From: Eledone cirrhosa
Lineage: Eukaryota
Assembly (NCBI GenBank): GCA_964016885.1
Contig: OZ024749.1
Coordinates: 49,228,001 to 49,292,000 of the forward strand
Direction: 5' to 3'
Length of the DNA stretch: 64,000 nt
The notes under the pieces are model-generated. The model ran no database searches and had not been told where the DNA came from. It worked only from the letters and a program-made list of their open reading frames with translations. Both the position numbers and the translations under genes were made by a program. Positions 46,434 through 61,396 of this stretch are shown piece by piece. Positions within the stretch are counted from its first letter, which is position 1. Each line of letters opens with the position of its first letter.

Positions 46434-48000
46434 TTTGTTTCCATGTATGAAAACAGATACATTATATAATAATATCAGCTCTCATACATAATTGAGCACG
46501 TTTCCTTTTGTACACCGTATTCTACAAAATACCACAGTACAGCATATAGTGTATATACTTTACTGAGATGATGCTCTGTTATTGCAAGCTTTGCATATTG
46601 CCACTAATCATGTGAGATGAAATAGTGTTTATGTAACAAAATATTTATTGTAAATAAAATACATGTGGCTAGTATATTAATGATCTATATAGGATTAAGT
46701 TTCTTAAAAAACATATTTAGCAAATAAATGGATGTTAGGATGTTTTGGAAAATAAATTAATATTCATACTGCTATATATTCACTCGCCCCACCTGGAGCA
46801 ACGCGTTCAGTATTCTGTCCGCTTGAACCAGAGAGTGGAGAGTACTTGACGTGTTATAAATTAAAAAGCGGCCCACACACTGTTTACACCCATATCATTG
46901 GTGTAGTGATGTTTTTCGTTAACTTAATGCGTTAACTTAATTATTTTTTCTTGTTTTTATCTTCTTTTTACACCAAATAAACAATATTCTTGACCAACTA
47001 GTGATATTGAATTGCCTGTCGGATATACCATTTAAACGAGAAACCATTCTATAACTAATGCTTTTGACATTTTCTTCAATGCATTGTCGAATATAGTCTT
47101 GTTGAGAGATACTCTTTACCAGCATACTCATTATATAAAATATTTCATTTTACAGTTCAGTTTACGAATTTTTTCTTAATATATCTTTTTATGCAAATAC
47201 ATATTTTAACGTATTTCTCATACATCATGTTGAAAGGATATGTATGATAATGATATTAATAGATGAGATATTATATTTATATATAAGAAACGAAAAGCAA
47301 TAAACTGGAAATGATTAAATATATTCGAAATCTTATGAAAAAATGTCGAACAACATTTTATCCGGTTTATCTATGAAATAGGAGTTACTGGAAATATATA
47401 CTGGAAATCGCATTGTGATGGTGTTTAAAGGAATTCAGATATTCATGACGTTATGTAACATGTCTTACCATTGTCGAACAACGTTGACAGAAATATACAC
47501 CTGTAAGAGACACTTTAAACATTCTCCTTTTTGCAGAAATTAAGAAGTACTTACCAGGAATCCGACCTCCTCACTGAGAATTGTAAATCCCAAATGTTAC
47601 GTAATCCGATATTGGAATTAAATATCCAGTGAACATGTTTAAAATGATAACTTACCTGAAAGATAAAGAAAAAAAAAATATTATATATATTAATAATTTA
47701 CATATTTATGAAAAAGAATGATGCTTTTTCACGTAAGATTGTGGCTATATGAGATTGTTCCAAAATGTTACAAAATTATGATTGTTTGCATGACCAGAAG
47801 GCAAGGGCAATTTATTCAAAACAGATCATAACACACCTCTATGTTAATAGAGAAACAAAGAGAGGTAGGAAGTGAAAAGAGGAAGAGAAACAGTAAGATA
47901 GAATATGAACGATATAATTTTAATACAGATGATATATTACATTATAATTTCTGTTGAACATATTAAAAACATGTACATTTAATTTACAGAATTTAAGAAA

Positions 48001-50990
<2,990 letters not shown>

Positions 50991-50993
<3 letters not shown>

Positions 50994-51511
50994 AAGTTAA
51001 ACAAATGTCAAATTATTAAAATATAGCTTCGTTTATTACTGCTATATATATTTCAGTGATAGCCATCTTTGGCTGTGACCTCTTCAGGCAGTTTGAATTA
51101 GCATGGTATAGACAAGTACATATGTTGTTTAGGTGTATAATATTGTCAATACTCTGATATGCCCAGTTCCTTGTTGGGTTGTTAATTCACATGATATGAC
51201 TCCAGTTCCTCAGTGAATTAACAACCCAACAAGGAACTGGGCATATCAGAGTATTGACACTATTATACCCCTAAACAACATATGTACTTGTCTATACCAT
51301 ACTAATTCTAACTGCCTGAAGAGGTCACAGCCAAAGATGGCTGTCACTGAAATATATATATCAGTCATAAACGAAGCTAAATTTTAATCATTTGACTTTT
51401 ATTTAACTTTATCTTACACTACTCCGGAGTAACCAAACCAACATGCGCACTTCGTGGAGTGCTGCAGCCTGCATACTGAGGTGTTGGTATACAACCAACA
51501 TAAACTCAAAA

Positions 51512-51512
<1 letters not shown>
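50991..51512 (+). mobile_element. Fold-back pLTR-type insert: ~200-bp inverted arms plus 3' extension
   Basis: Arms 50991-51190 / 51213-51412. Extension carries TACTC/GAGTGC. Microsatellite-flanked. Confidence 0.85.
51038..51092 (-). ncRNA. Type-I hammerhead ribozyme (mirror copy 51311-51365 on +)
   Basis: actgc-CTGAAGA-ggtcacagcc-aaagat-ggctatcact-GAAA-tatata-TA|gcagt. Confidence 0.8.
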
Positions 51513-51574
<62 letters not shown>

Positions 51575-51990
51575 GTTGTGATGCAAAGTTTAAAATACAA
51601 AATGTTCAACGATATAATTCAATTGGACACAGAGTCAAAATAGAAATATTAAAACAATGAAATTAAACACAAAACTGTTAATTCACAGTAAAACTCATTA
51701 TTTTACGATCGTTCCTGGAGGGTAGTTCCCTGCATTTTCATTCAATTATTGATCTATACAAAACATATTACAAACTATAATAGTAAGAAAAAATACATAC
51801 ATTTTCACTCTGAAGACGGCGGGTAGTGAAGCCGTATGCATTTCTTTCTCACTATATTTTGTAATATGTTTTAGATAGATCAAAAATTGAATGAACATGC
51901 AGGAAACTACCCCCCAGAAACGATCGTAAAACAATGTGTTTTACTATGAATTAACAGTTTTCTGTTTAATTTCATTGTTTTAATATTTCT
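51575..51990. mobile_element. Diverged fold-back insert (arms ~51641-51800 / ~51833-51990) with a half hammerhead core in the spacer
   Basis: Reverse-complement arms. Spacer contains CTGAAGA-cggc...gccgt. Confidence 0.65.
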
Positions 51991-52009
51991 CTCTCTCTCT
52001 CGGTCTCTC

Positions 52010-52062
<53 letters not shown>

Positions 52063-52066
<4 letters not shown>

Positions 52067-52263
52067 ATTTATGGCCCCGGCGGGGCAGCTCAAGCCGTTT
52101 CGACGGCTATTTCTGGAGTATTTCGTCCAGAAATAGCCGTCGAAACAGCTTGAGCTCTGCCGTCGGGGTCATACTTTTTCTTATTTCCCACTCTACTACA
52201 CTAAATATTGAGTACTCTGGTGCGTTATGGTCCATCTTGTTCCTTACCACATATCCTTTGTTA
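52063..52263 (+). mobile_element. Fold-back element family B, copy 3
   Basis: Arms ~52070-52117 / 52126-52173. Homologous to copies at 6092 and 22385. Confidence 0.8.
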
Positions 52264-52324
52264 TATATATGTATTACCTTGTTTACTGTTCCATATATGT
52301 ACATATAATGTGCTGGGGCACCTC

Positions 52325-52386
<62 letters not shown>

Positions 52387-53439
52387 AAAAGTAAAGTTCA
52401 TTGTTATATCCCACAGGGGCTATACCGACTTGTAACTTGCAGATGCGAGTTAAAGTTCAGTATAGCCACACACCTCTCCATCCCTCTTAATTTCTGAAAA
52501 TCCTGAACTTGCATTTTCAACTTTGTACCCACAGACACATACGTCAAATATAAAATGTTCTGCCAATTCTAAGACACTTATCGTAAAACATATATCTACA
52601 GAAACTTACTACTGTCGAAGGCGCCGTTGGAAGTGAACTTTTTTTCCACAAATACCTTTCGACAATGTTTCTTTAAATTTAGAAAATTATTCATCATGGA
52701 TTTCGTTTAGCGTAATTGAAAATTATTTAAATATCGAAATTAAAAATTCGATCTTTATATTCATAATTTGGTATACCTCGGATTTCATGATTAAATATTA
52801 TATAGGAATGTTATGAATTAGCATTATATTAAAATGCTACAAATATAGACATGCAGATCAATTCTGATCAATTCTGCGAAAGAAGCAATCTGACATATAA
52901 CGAAATTAGTAACATGTCCTTGTAGATGTAATTCTGGTTTGTGTAATGCAACAACGACAAATAACGAAAATTATCTTATTTTTCATCCGATTTATTCTTA
53001 ATTAATGTTAAAGCTGAAAAAAAAAAGGAAAAGAAAACTGGAAGTTAAATTTAAATGTATTATATAAAACTAAAGTTTATATAATAGATCATTCCTATGA
53101 TTTATGTTAAATGTTTTTTCAATCAGAGACAACCAATCAGCATTTTAATGATTCCATTATCATCGTTAATAACACTGAATTAAACACCTTGAACATATGA
53201 AATAGCAGACAAAAGCGTTATATGCAGTGTCAATAATTATCAGCTTATCGCATACAGTCAGTGTAAGCAGATGTGCTTCTTATTGGGTTAGTATACTGAC
53301 AAACAGGATATGAAGTGTTGTAATACGAAAAAGATAAGAACGATTCGTAGACAAATACGATGCTGTAGAATAATAGATTAATGATAGATTGATGTGAAAG
53401 AAAAGAAACAGCAATGAATAGAGATAACCGTTCAATAAA

Positions 53440-53475
<36 letters not shown>

Positions 53476-53779
53476 TGTATGTATGTATGCATGTACGTAT
53501 GTATGTGTGTTTGTGTAATTATGCGTGTGTAGGTGTGTGGAGAGAGAGAGGTAGAGAGAGAAATAGGTAGATAAACTGTATATGGACGGTGAATGCATTA
53601 CTTGTACCAATAACATTGTACTAGTCCACATGTTATGCAGAGAATGAATTCTGATGATGCTTTATAAACATCAATGATTTTTTATTGTTGATAAGAGAAT
53701 AATATATGGGAGCATGCTCTCTTTTATATAAATGTTTTATAAGCAAGTTAGTACATAAACAACCAATGCTTTTTTTAAT

Positions 53780-54733
53780 ATGCTTAGTATTTTGGACATC
53801 AGAACATGTGAGGGATGCACCTATAATCATGAATATATATATATTCTTACATCATCCCGTGAGGAGGCAGATCAAATATACACAACATTCTCCAGCATGG
53901 ACGCCAGTATAACGTTCAGCATGGAACACCCCGATGACCGCAGATCCCTATCCCTACTGGACTTCCAACTCAGGGTAACAGAGGAAGGCAACATCCACAC
54001 CTGCTTCTATAAAAAATCCGCCAGCAGGGACCTGTTCGTACATTTCAGATCGGCCCTCCCACTCGGTGCCAAGTTCGGATACATAAGGAACGAACTGGCA
54101 CGTATCCGGGACAAATGCACCGACGCTAGAGACCGAGACACACACACCACACATTTCCTGGAAGTACTCAAACTGAACGGATACACGACATCCACCACAA
54201 ACCGTGCCAGAAAGAACAGAGGACACCACACCCGAGGCACTAACACTTGCTTCCTGAAGCTCCCAGACTTCAGTGAAGAAACAACAACAGCCATCCGCAG
54301 AGCCATCAGACGAGAGGGACTGGATATCCAACTGGCCCACTCGGGTCCTTCTCTGCGCGGACGGCTGGCCAAGAGACACTCCACCAGACATGACAACTGC
54401 TGCAGACTAGCCAACTTCCCCATCAACGACACAGACCTATGCCACCAGGCTTACGTCGTATACAGACTAGAGTGTGACAAATGCAACAACTTCTACGTAG
54501 GTAGCACCACCAGACCACTCCACATAAGAATAAAAGAACACCTCAATACTAACGCTTCCTCATTTAAGAAACACCTAGTTAAATGCAAAAACACCGACAA
54601 AACCATAACAGTTAGGATAGAAACTAAGGAAAGAAACCTCGGCAATCTTAGAATTAAGGAAGCACTAATTATAGATAAAACACAACCACCAATCAATAAT
54701 AGACTAGAACTCAACACCCAATTGTTAACCTGA
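53780..54733 (+). pseudogene. PLE reverse transcriptase C-terminus plus GIY-YIG endonuclease (open frame, truncated just after the YxDD motif; homology starts ~53838)
   Basis: ITFSME...LSLLDFQL...FYKK...HFRSALP..AK (PLE RT thumb). VVYRLECDKCNNFYVGSTTRPLHIRIKEH...LRIKEALII...PPIN (GIY-YIG). Confidence 0.92.
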
Positions 54734-55288
54734 TAGGGCCTCTAGCCCCATATTTACACACCCGACACACACACACGCACGCGCACACACAAACGCTTAC
54801 ACCTCCACTTATTCTCTCTCACACATACACACACAAAACCAGTTCTAACACCAGATAACACCTACCCCCCACATTTACGAATAGACTTATCTTCTCACAC
54901 TCACACACACACACTCACATACTTACACCTTCATGCATTCTCCCACACACTTATACAGGCATGTATATAAAATAAAAATTAAAAAAAAACCTAAAGAAAC
55001 CCCTTTTAAAGGGAGACTACTCTTTATACACCTAATTTTAACTCTTTGATATTAGAGATAGAACAGATACTCTATACTATTTCCTGTCAGCATGGCTTGG
55101 CTAGATATTTAGAACGCTGGTTTGAGACCTTTATTTCCCCCTGAAGAAGAGATACTATCTCGAAAATTAAGGACATTTAAATAAATTTAAGGTAAAGGAT
55201 GAATTGTCAACAATATCTTTTACAATTGCATTCTTTTTTCTATGTCCATACCTGCATTGTTTTGGCTTTATTACACATATTCAAACGT
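53838..55288 (+). mobile_element. 5'-truncated Penelope-like retroelement with C-terminal GIY-YIG
   Basis: GC-richer segment between TA runs. RT-thumb plus GIY-YIG ORF, CA-rich 3' UTR, HHR-like motif at ~55137. Confidence 0.9.
55137..55173 (+). ncRNA. Minimal hammerhead-like motif in PLE 3' pLTR
   Basis: CTGAAGA-a-gagat-act-atctc-GAAA-att-A. Stem I weak. Confidence 0.5.
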
Positions 55289-55467
55289 TTATATATATAT
55301 ATATATATATAGTCGTACGTATACATACTTATATTTAAGTATCAGCCGTACTAAGAGTGAGAAATAAAATTTCATTTTTCCATTTATGGTTTTCGGTACA
55401 CCCGGCTGACTAACTCACTCGATATGCAAATTAGGCTGGTCAGTCGTTAATATGACAGGATAGTATA

Positions 55468-55508
55468 CGTTGTTGATGACAGCTAATAAGCTAGAAACTA
55501 GTTCATCG
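55468..55508 (+). ncRNA. Minimal hammerhead motif with C3U substitution inside a TA-flanked insert (~55312-55635)
   Basis: cgttg-TTGATGA-c-agct-aata-agct-a-GAAA-ctag-TT|catcg. Confidence 0.55.
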
Positions 55509-55630
55509 GTCCTGTGTCAGTGTTGAACAAAAGGGCAACAATGTTTGCCGAACACTGTACGTCTAAAAATTCGGACTGTTTGTTTACAAGCAAACCGAGC
55601 ATTATAATAAAATGTTCGGTACACCCATAC

Positions 55631-55697
<67 letters not shown>

Positions 55698-55757
55698 CAT
55701 GTATGTATACACACACTGCTGTACGTCTGTATACATATATGTATGTACGTATACATA

Positions 55758-55813
<56 letters not shown>

Positions 55814-55886
55814 CATGTATGTATACACAAACTGCTGTACGTCTGTATACATATATGTATGTACGTATACATATATGTATGTACGT

Positions 55887-55990
<104 letters not shown>

Positions 55991-56036
55991 GAAAAGTATA
56001 GAAATTGTTGTAGAGATAAACTAACATTATTCCATA

Positions 56037-56084
<48 letters not shown>

Positions 56085-56241
56085 TGGAATAAATGCTCTG
56101 AAATAGCGATATATATGTGAATATAGACATAGAATATTCGAAAATATTCTGTATGTTTATAATAAACATTTTGAAGACCTAATCGCTATAGAATAGAATA
56201 CGTCACGTATTACAATTAGATTCTCGATAAAAGCAAGGGAA

Positions 56242-56284
56242 GTAATCTACGCGTTTCATTCTCGTTAGAAATCATCAGGACCAC
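56242..56284 (-). ncRNA. Hammerhead ribozyme in the inverted unit
   Basis: Reverse complement of the 56395 motif with one substitution in stem I. Confidence 0.8.
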
Positions 56285-56394
56285 ATATCCAGTGCTTTTA
56301 TCGAGAATGACACAGCTAGAGACTTATAGAATACTTAGAGCTAAGTATTCTATAAGTCTCTAGCTGTGTCATTCTCGATAAAAGCACTGGATAT

Positions 56395-56437
56395 GTAGTC
56401 CTGATGATTTCTAACGAGAATGAAACGCGTAGATTAC
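56395..56437 (+). ncRNA. Minimal type-I hammerhead ribozyme, copy 1
   Basis: gtagtc-CTGATGA-tttct-aacg-agaat-GAAA-cgcg-TA|gattac. Confidence 0.88.
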
Positions 56438-56704
56438 TTCCCTTGCTTTTATCGAGAATCTAATTGTAATACGTGACGTATTCTATTCTATAGCGATTAG
56501 GTCTTCAAAATGTTTATTATAAACATACAGAATATTTTCGAATATTCTATGTCTATATTCACATATATATCGCTATTTCAGAGCATTTATTCCAATTTCT
56601 AATTTCTGCCGGACCGGCAACCGCTCTTTCAAACCAGTTCCTGTACACAGCTAAGTATTCTATAAGTCTCTAGCTGTGTCATTCTCGATAAAAGCACTGG
56701 ATAT

Positions 56705-56747
56705 GTAGTCCTGATGATTTCTAACGAGAATGAAACGCGTAGATTAC
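56705..56747 (+). ncRNA. Minimal type-I hammerhead ribozyme, copy 2
   Basis: Identical motif at +310. Confidence 0.88.
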
Positions 56748-57014
56748 TTCCCTTGCTTTTATCGAGAATCTAATTGTAATACGTGACGTATTCTATTCTA
56801 TAGCGATTAGGTCTTCAAAATGTTTATTATAAACATACAGAATATTTTCGAATATTCTATGTCTATATTCACATATATATCGCTATTTCAGAGCATTTAT
56901 TCCAATTTCTAATTTCTGCCGGACCGGCAACCGCTCTTTCAAACCAGTTCCTGTACACAGCTAAGTATTCTATAAGTCTCTAGCTGTGTCATTCTCGATA
57001 AAAGCACTGGATAT

Positions 57015-57057
57015 GTAGTCCTGATGATTTCTAACGAGAATGAAACGCGTAGATTAC
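57015..57057 (+). ncRNA. Minimal type-I hammerhead ribozyme, copy 3
   Basis: Identical motif at +620. Confidence 0.88.
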
Positions 57058-57169
57058 TTCCCTTGCTTTTATCGAGAATCTAATTGTAATACGTGACGTA
57101 TTCTATTCTATAGCGATTAGGTCTTCAAAATGTTTATTATAAACATACAGAATATTTTCGAATATTCTA

Positions 57170-57234
<65 letters not shown>

Positions 57235-58868
57235 TATGGAATAATGTTAGCTTCTCGTTACAACAATTTATATATATACGGGTTCCTAGATTTAAATTCG
57301 TTTCTTTATCTTACAGTATGTGTGCTTTTATATGTACAAGAGAAAGACAAATAAATTAAGTACATCTTATAGGTTGTATAGTTATAATTGAATAATAGAT
57401 GACTCACTGCAAATGTCTTCTTTTGATTTGTGAATCTTATGATTCGGTAGCTCTGTTTATTAGTAATAGCAGCCTACTATTGTTTATCAACATAAGAAGA
57501 GAGATGCTATAGCAAGATTATACTTGACTTACCAGCTCACAATCAGATTTAATAACGTGCATATAGGTAAATCATTTCATTGTAGCTAATTTAGTAGTGA
57601 TAATAAGTCATCTGTGAAGCAAAATACCACGCATAATATATAATATTAGTAATATATGTTGTTGTATTCTTGTTCTGCCTTGTGTTCTGATACTAGAAGG
57701 AATATTGAAACTGAAAATATTGGGTGGCACCAAAATAGCGCAGCCGAAATAGTGCACCAGTGAATTAACACATTGCTATAATATCTTCATATTTGTTATG
57801 TAAACGTGATTCGTACTCATATGAATTTTAGGGTGTTGCGTGTCTTTTTTTAAAATCCTATTATAAAATGTCAAACGTTCGTTACATGCTTCTGAAATGA
57901 TCTCTGACAATTAATTAGTATTGAGGTTTGAGTGAGAATGTCCTCACACATTTTACTAAATAACAGTATTTTATACAAATAACGAAATTAAATATTGAAT
58001 TCGGGCAATGGATGTTAGACAGTTTCATAAACATGGCAATTGATGTTAGACGGTTTCATAAACATGGGACGGTGTAGATAATTAACATTCAGAGTAAGAG
58101 ATTGCCCTTTGACATGAATTTTGCATTGTACATTCTATAATAATAGCTTTTTCAAAACTTAAAACGTAAAAGATTTTTATTATTTTTCACGGAAAGGTTC
58201 CTTTCTCATGCTAAGTTAATTATCTGATTGAACAGAAATCATTATATATGAATCAAAATGCGTAATATAAATATTCCGTCTCATACATATTTGCCAAAAA
58301 AAAAAGACATTAAGAGAATATATAATTTCTGTAAAAGAGAGAAACCCTGCAGAAATGTAGATATAATATCTTTGATTTTCAACATTTTATATGCATTTCG
58401 ACATTGCAATTCCTATACTGATGAAATTTCCTTGTGATCGCATGGGAAATTACTAAAACAACCCCAGAAATAAATGAAATATTAAAATCTAGCGTTCTTA
58501 GATAGTAATCAAACAATTCCTTCTACCCTGTACCTAAAAGTAAAGCAAATTCAATCACACTTCGCTCAAGATGTCTCATGAAATTTACCCAGGAATTTGA
58601 CTTTCAAAATTCTTCTAGCCTTTCCAATCTAATATGATATTGGATCGATGACTATAGAAATAAGTTAGATTGAGGTTCGGCTGTTCTATAACGCCTCTAG
58701 TGTTACATCGTAAGGAATTCAATATAATATTTAATGAATCCGATTAACTGAATAGCTGACTTTGAACAATTGAACAGCTAGATCACGACAGACTCTAGGC
58801 AATTCGTTTAGAATGCGAAATAAAATTAATATTAGAATATTTTAAATGTTACTAGTCAATCAACAACT

Positions 58869-58951
<83 letters not shown>

Positions 58952-61336
58952 GGAGAGAGAGAGAATGAGAGAGGGAGAGAGAGAGATTTAATTAATTGGG
59001 TGGTTTTCTGTTGTGAGAAGCATAACGAAACAATACATATGATTTGTACAAAACATATTATTTGCTGTTTTACACAAAGATAATTCAATTCCAGCCATAA
59101 AGAAAATGACATGTTAATCGCAATGTTCATTTAAGTATAAACAAATTAGTTAATGATTCGATTAAGTCTAACCAATATACCTATACTGGAAGAAGTTGGC
59201 CATCAGTAGTGAAAAGATCGTAGAAATGTGATACTTTCAGGCTCCATGACGATTTCAAACTATAACACAGCGGCAACCGTCGAATGCACCGAAGGATAGG
59301 GCGCAGTGTTGAAATGTACGATGAAAGGAATAAAATGCTGAAAATGCTTAACATGCTTGATATTAAACCCTAGGTGTATTTCTACTTCTCCAAGTAACTC
59401 AGTGATTAACTAGTAATTCAATGACTAACTAGTGTATTACCCAGCATATTGAGGCATGTGTGCGACGGTATTTGCGAATATATGTGTATGTCTAAAATAA
59501 AAATATATGACTGCAAAGTATCACTGTAGCAATGGATGCAATTTATGAACCATTCCAAGTGAAATAAATATACAGTGAGTATATGTGCTTAACACAATTT
59601 TGTGGATATTTACTCATCAAAGCACTATAATTATGTGATTCTTCATGTATTTTAAAATCAATATTAAATGTAAGGAATCGTATTATAAAATATTTTTGAA
59701 GTGATATGGAATTCTATTCTGAATATGGTTCTCAGTTGTAGCAATTTCCCATTTATATATGGCAGTTATATTTTGTATACCACACTAGAAAAACCATAAC
59801 ACCCAATGGTACCATGGAATCTTCCTTAAAGTCCAAGTTTTCTACATAAATCGATGTAACCTATTGATTTCTATTTGCCATTAATTTCGATAATAATCTA
59901 TAGAACTAATAGGTTAAAAGGAAAAAAGAAGACGCAAACAAAAACAAATAAATATAGTTTGCGTGTTGCAACAAGATCAAGTTTATTTATGATGATTATG
60001 TCAATTGCAAAACATAAAAATTATTGAGTGTATATGTGTCTAGGGAGATTAAATGTACAAAGTAATTTTTCCTGCAGTCAAAATTAAATCGCATAGTGAA
60101 TGAATGCGTTCATGGCTGAATGATGATGATAACTAATCTTAAATTATCTCTAAAATCACGGCACTGTTTAAAAATAGCTCTGCTTGCTTGGGCGTCTAGA
60201 CAAGAATACAAAGTCGAAATATCTGTATAGTCAATTTAGAAACAAAGAAAAACAACAAACAAACATACACGATAGGTTGCAATTGATGTTTAGGCAAAGA
60301 TAATATAATATTTTCAGGAGCAACTAATATATTTCTTCAGAATATTACGAAGTTTAGTAATTTCTTAAAACACGCATTCTACTTCAGCTTTCAGAATACT
60401 ATAATAAATCTAAGTCATTGTTATATGATTCCAATGAAAACTAAATTGTATATAGACATTTTCACAAAAATTTCGTATTTCGCTCGGGTGCTTATATTAT
60501 TTTGCTGTATCCGAATACTTTCTTTTTTTTTCTTTTCAGTTGGCATGGTTCATTTCTATATCATCTGAGATCTCCTTTTGTTCCTTTTAAAGCCACTTTG
60601 TAAATGTCTCCATCACTAATATCAAATGAAAATACTAAGTGACTTTTGATTAAAACACAATACCTCTTCTTTTGTGAGTGGGCGGCGGGGCTGAAGCAAA
60701 ATGTTTATGTACAAAATTAAACCTAAAAGTTCATATCAAACCACGTCACATTATAGAGAGAACATAGCCAATAATTTATTGATTTCCTTGCTTCCTTTTG
60801 CATTAAGGAAAACAATATATAAAATATATAACAGCCTAAATAATGACCATACTAAACTACTTTCAATAAACCGCCATTCTTCTATCAGTTTTTGGGCTTT
60901 AGATATTGTGACATCTAAGGACAAATATCATTCATTTAAAGCAATATTAATTTTGTTAGGTTATATCATGAAATCAAATTCAGTTGAATGTTCTTGTAAC
61001 AATAAAAATTGTTCATCGTTTTTTTCCCACCAAAACGCCTATTGTAAGATGTTTGCACGGCGTAATTCTTTTGCTATATTACGTTCCTGCTTATTGCCCA
61101 TTACTCAAAGCGTAGAAAAACAGTTTTCTTTATTCTTTCTTTTCATTTTATGTGATACATAAAAGACTGCTAGATATGTCTAGGCACTTCTAAACATGAT
61201 TTAATGTGTATATCTGCTTTCTCAATGTTTTCCACCTCTCCATCACCATTTAAAAGCCATTATGTTTAAATATTAAGCTAGAAGATTGCTTCATTTTAGC
61301 ATTCCCTTTCTCATCTCCACCCCTCCTTTTGTATAT

Positions 61337-61396
<60 letters not shown>

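Larger units (their letters stand above)
56083..57176 (+). mobile_element. Retrozyme-like array: inverted partial unit (56083-56338) plus ~2.7 tandem 310-bp units, each with an HHR
   Basis: Unit starts at 56341, 56651, 56961. Inversion centre ~56339-56340. TA/CA tracts on both sides. No coding capacity. Confidence 0.9.

Noticed and set aside
53954-54717. Minus-strand ORFs of 74-145 aa
   Set aside because: Antisense shadows of the PLE RT/GIY-YIG frame.
58004-58067. 31-bp tandem duplication (similar small duplication at ~7328-7373)
   Set aside because: Ordinary local slippage duplication.
58412-58462. CTGATGA followed by aatttcc/ggaaatt hairpin
   Set aside because: No properly placed GAAA, stem III or stem I, and not TA-flanked.
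60701-61162. 153-aa ORF
   Set aside because: Composition typical of random AT-rich DNA; no domain recognised.
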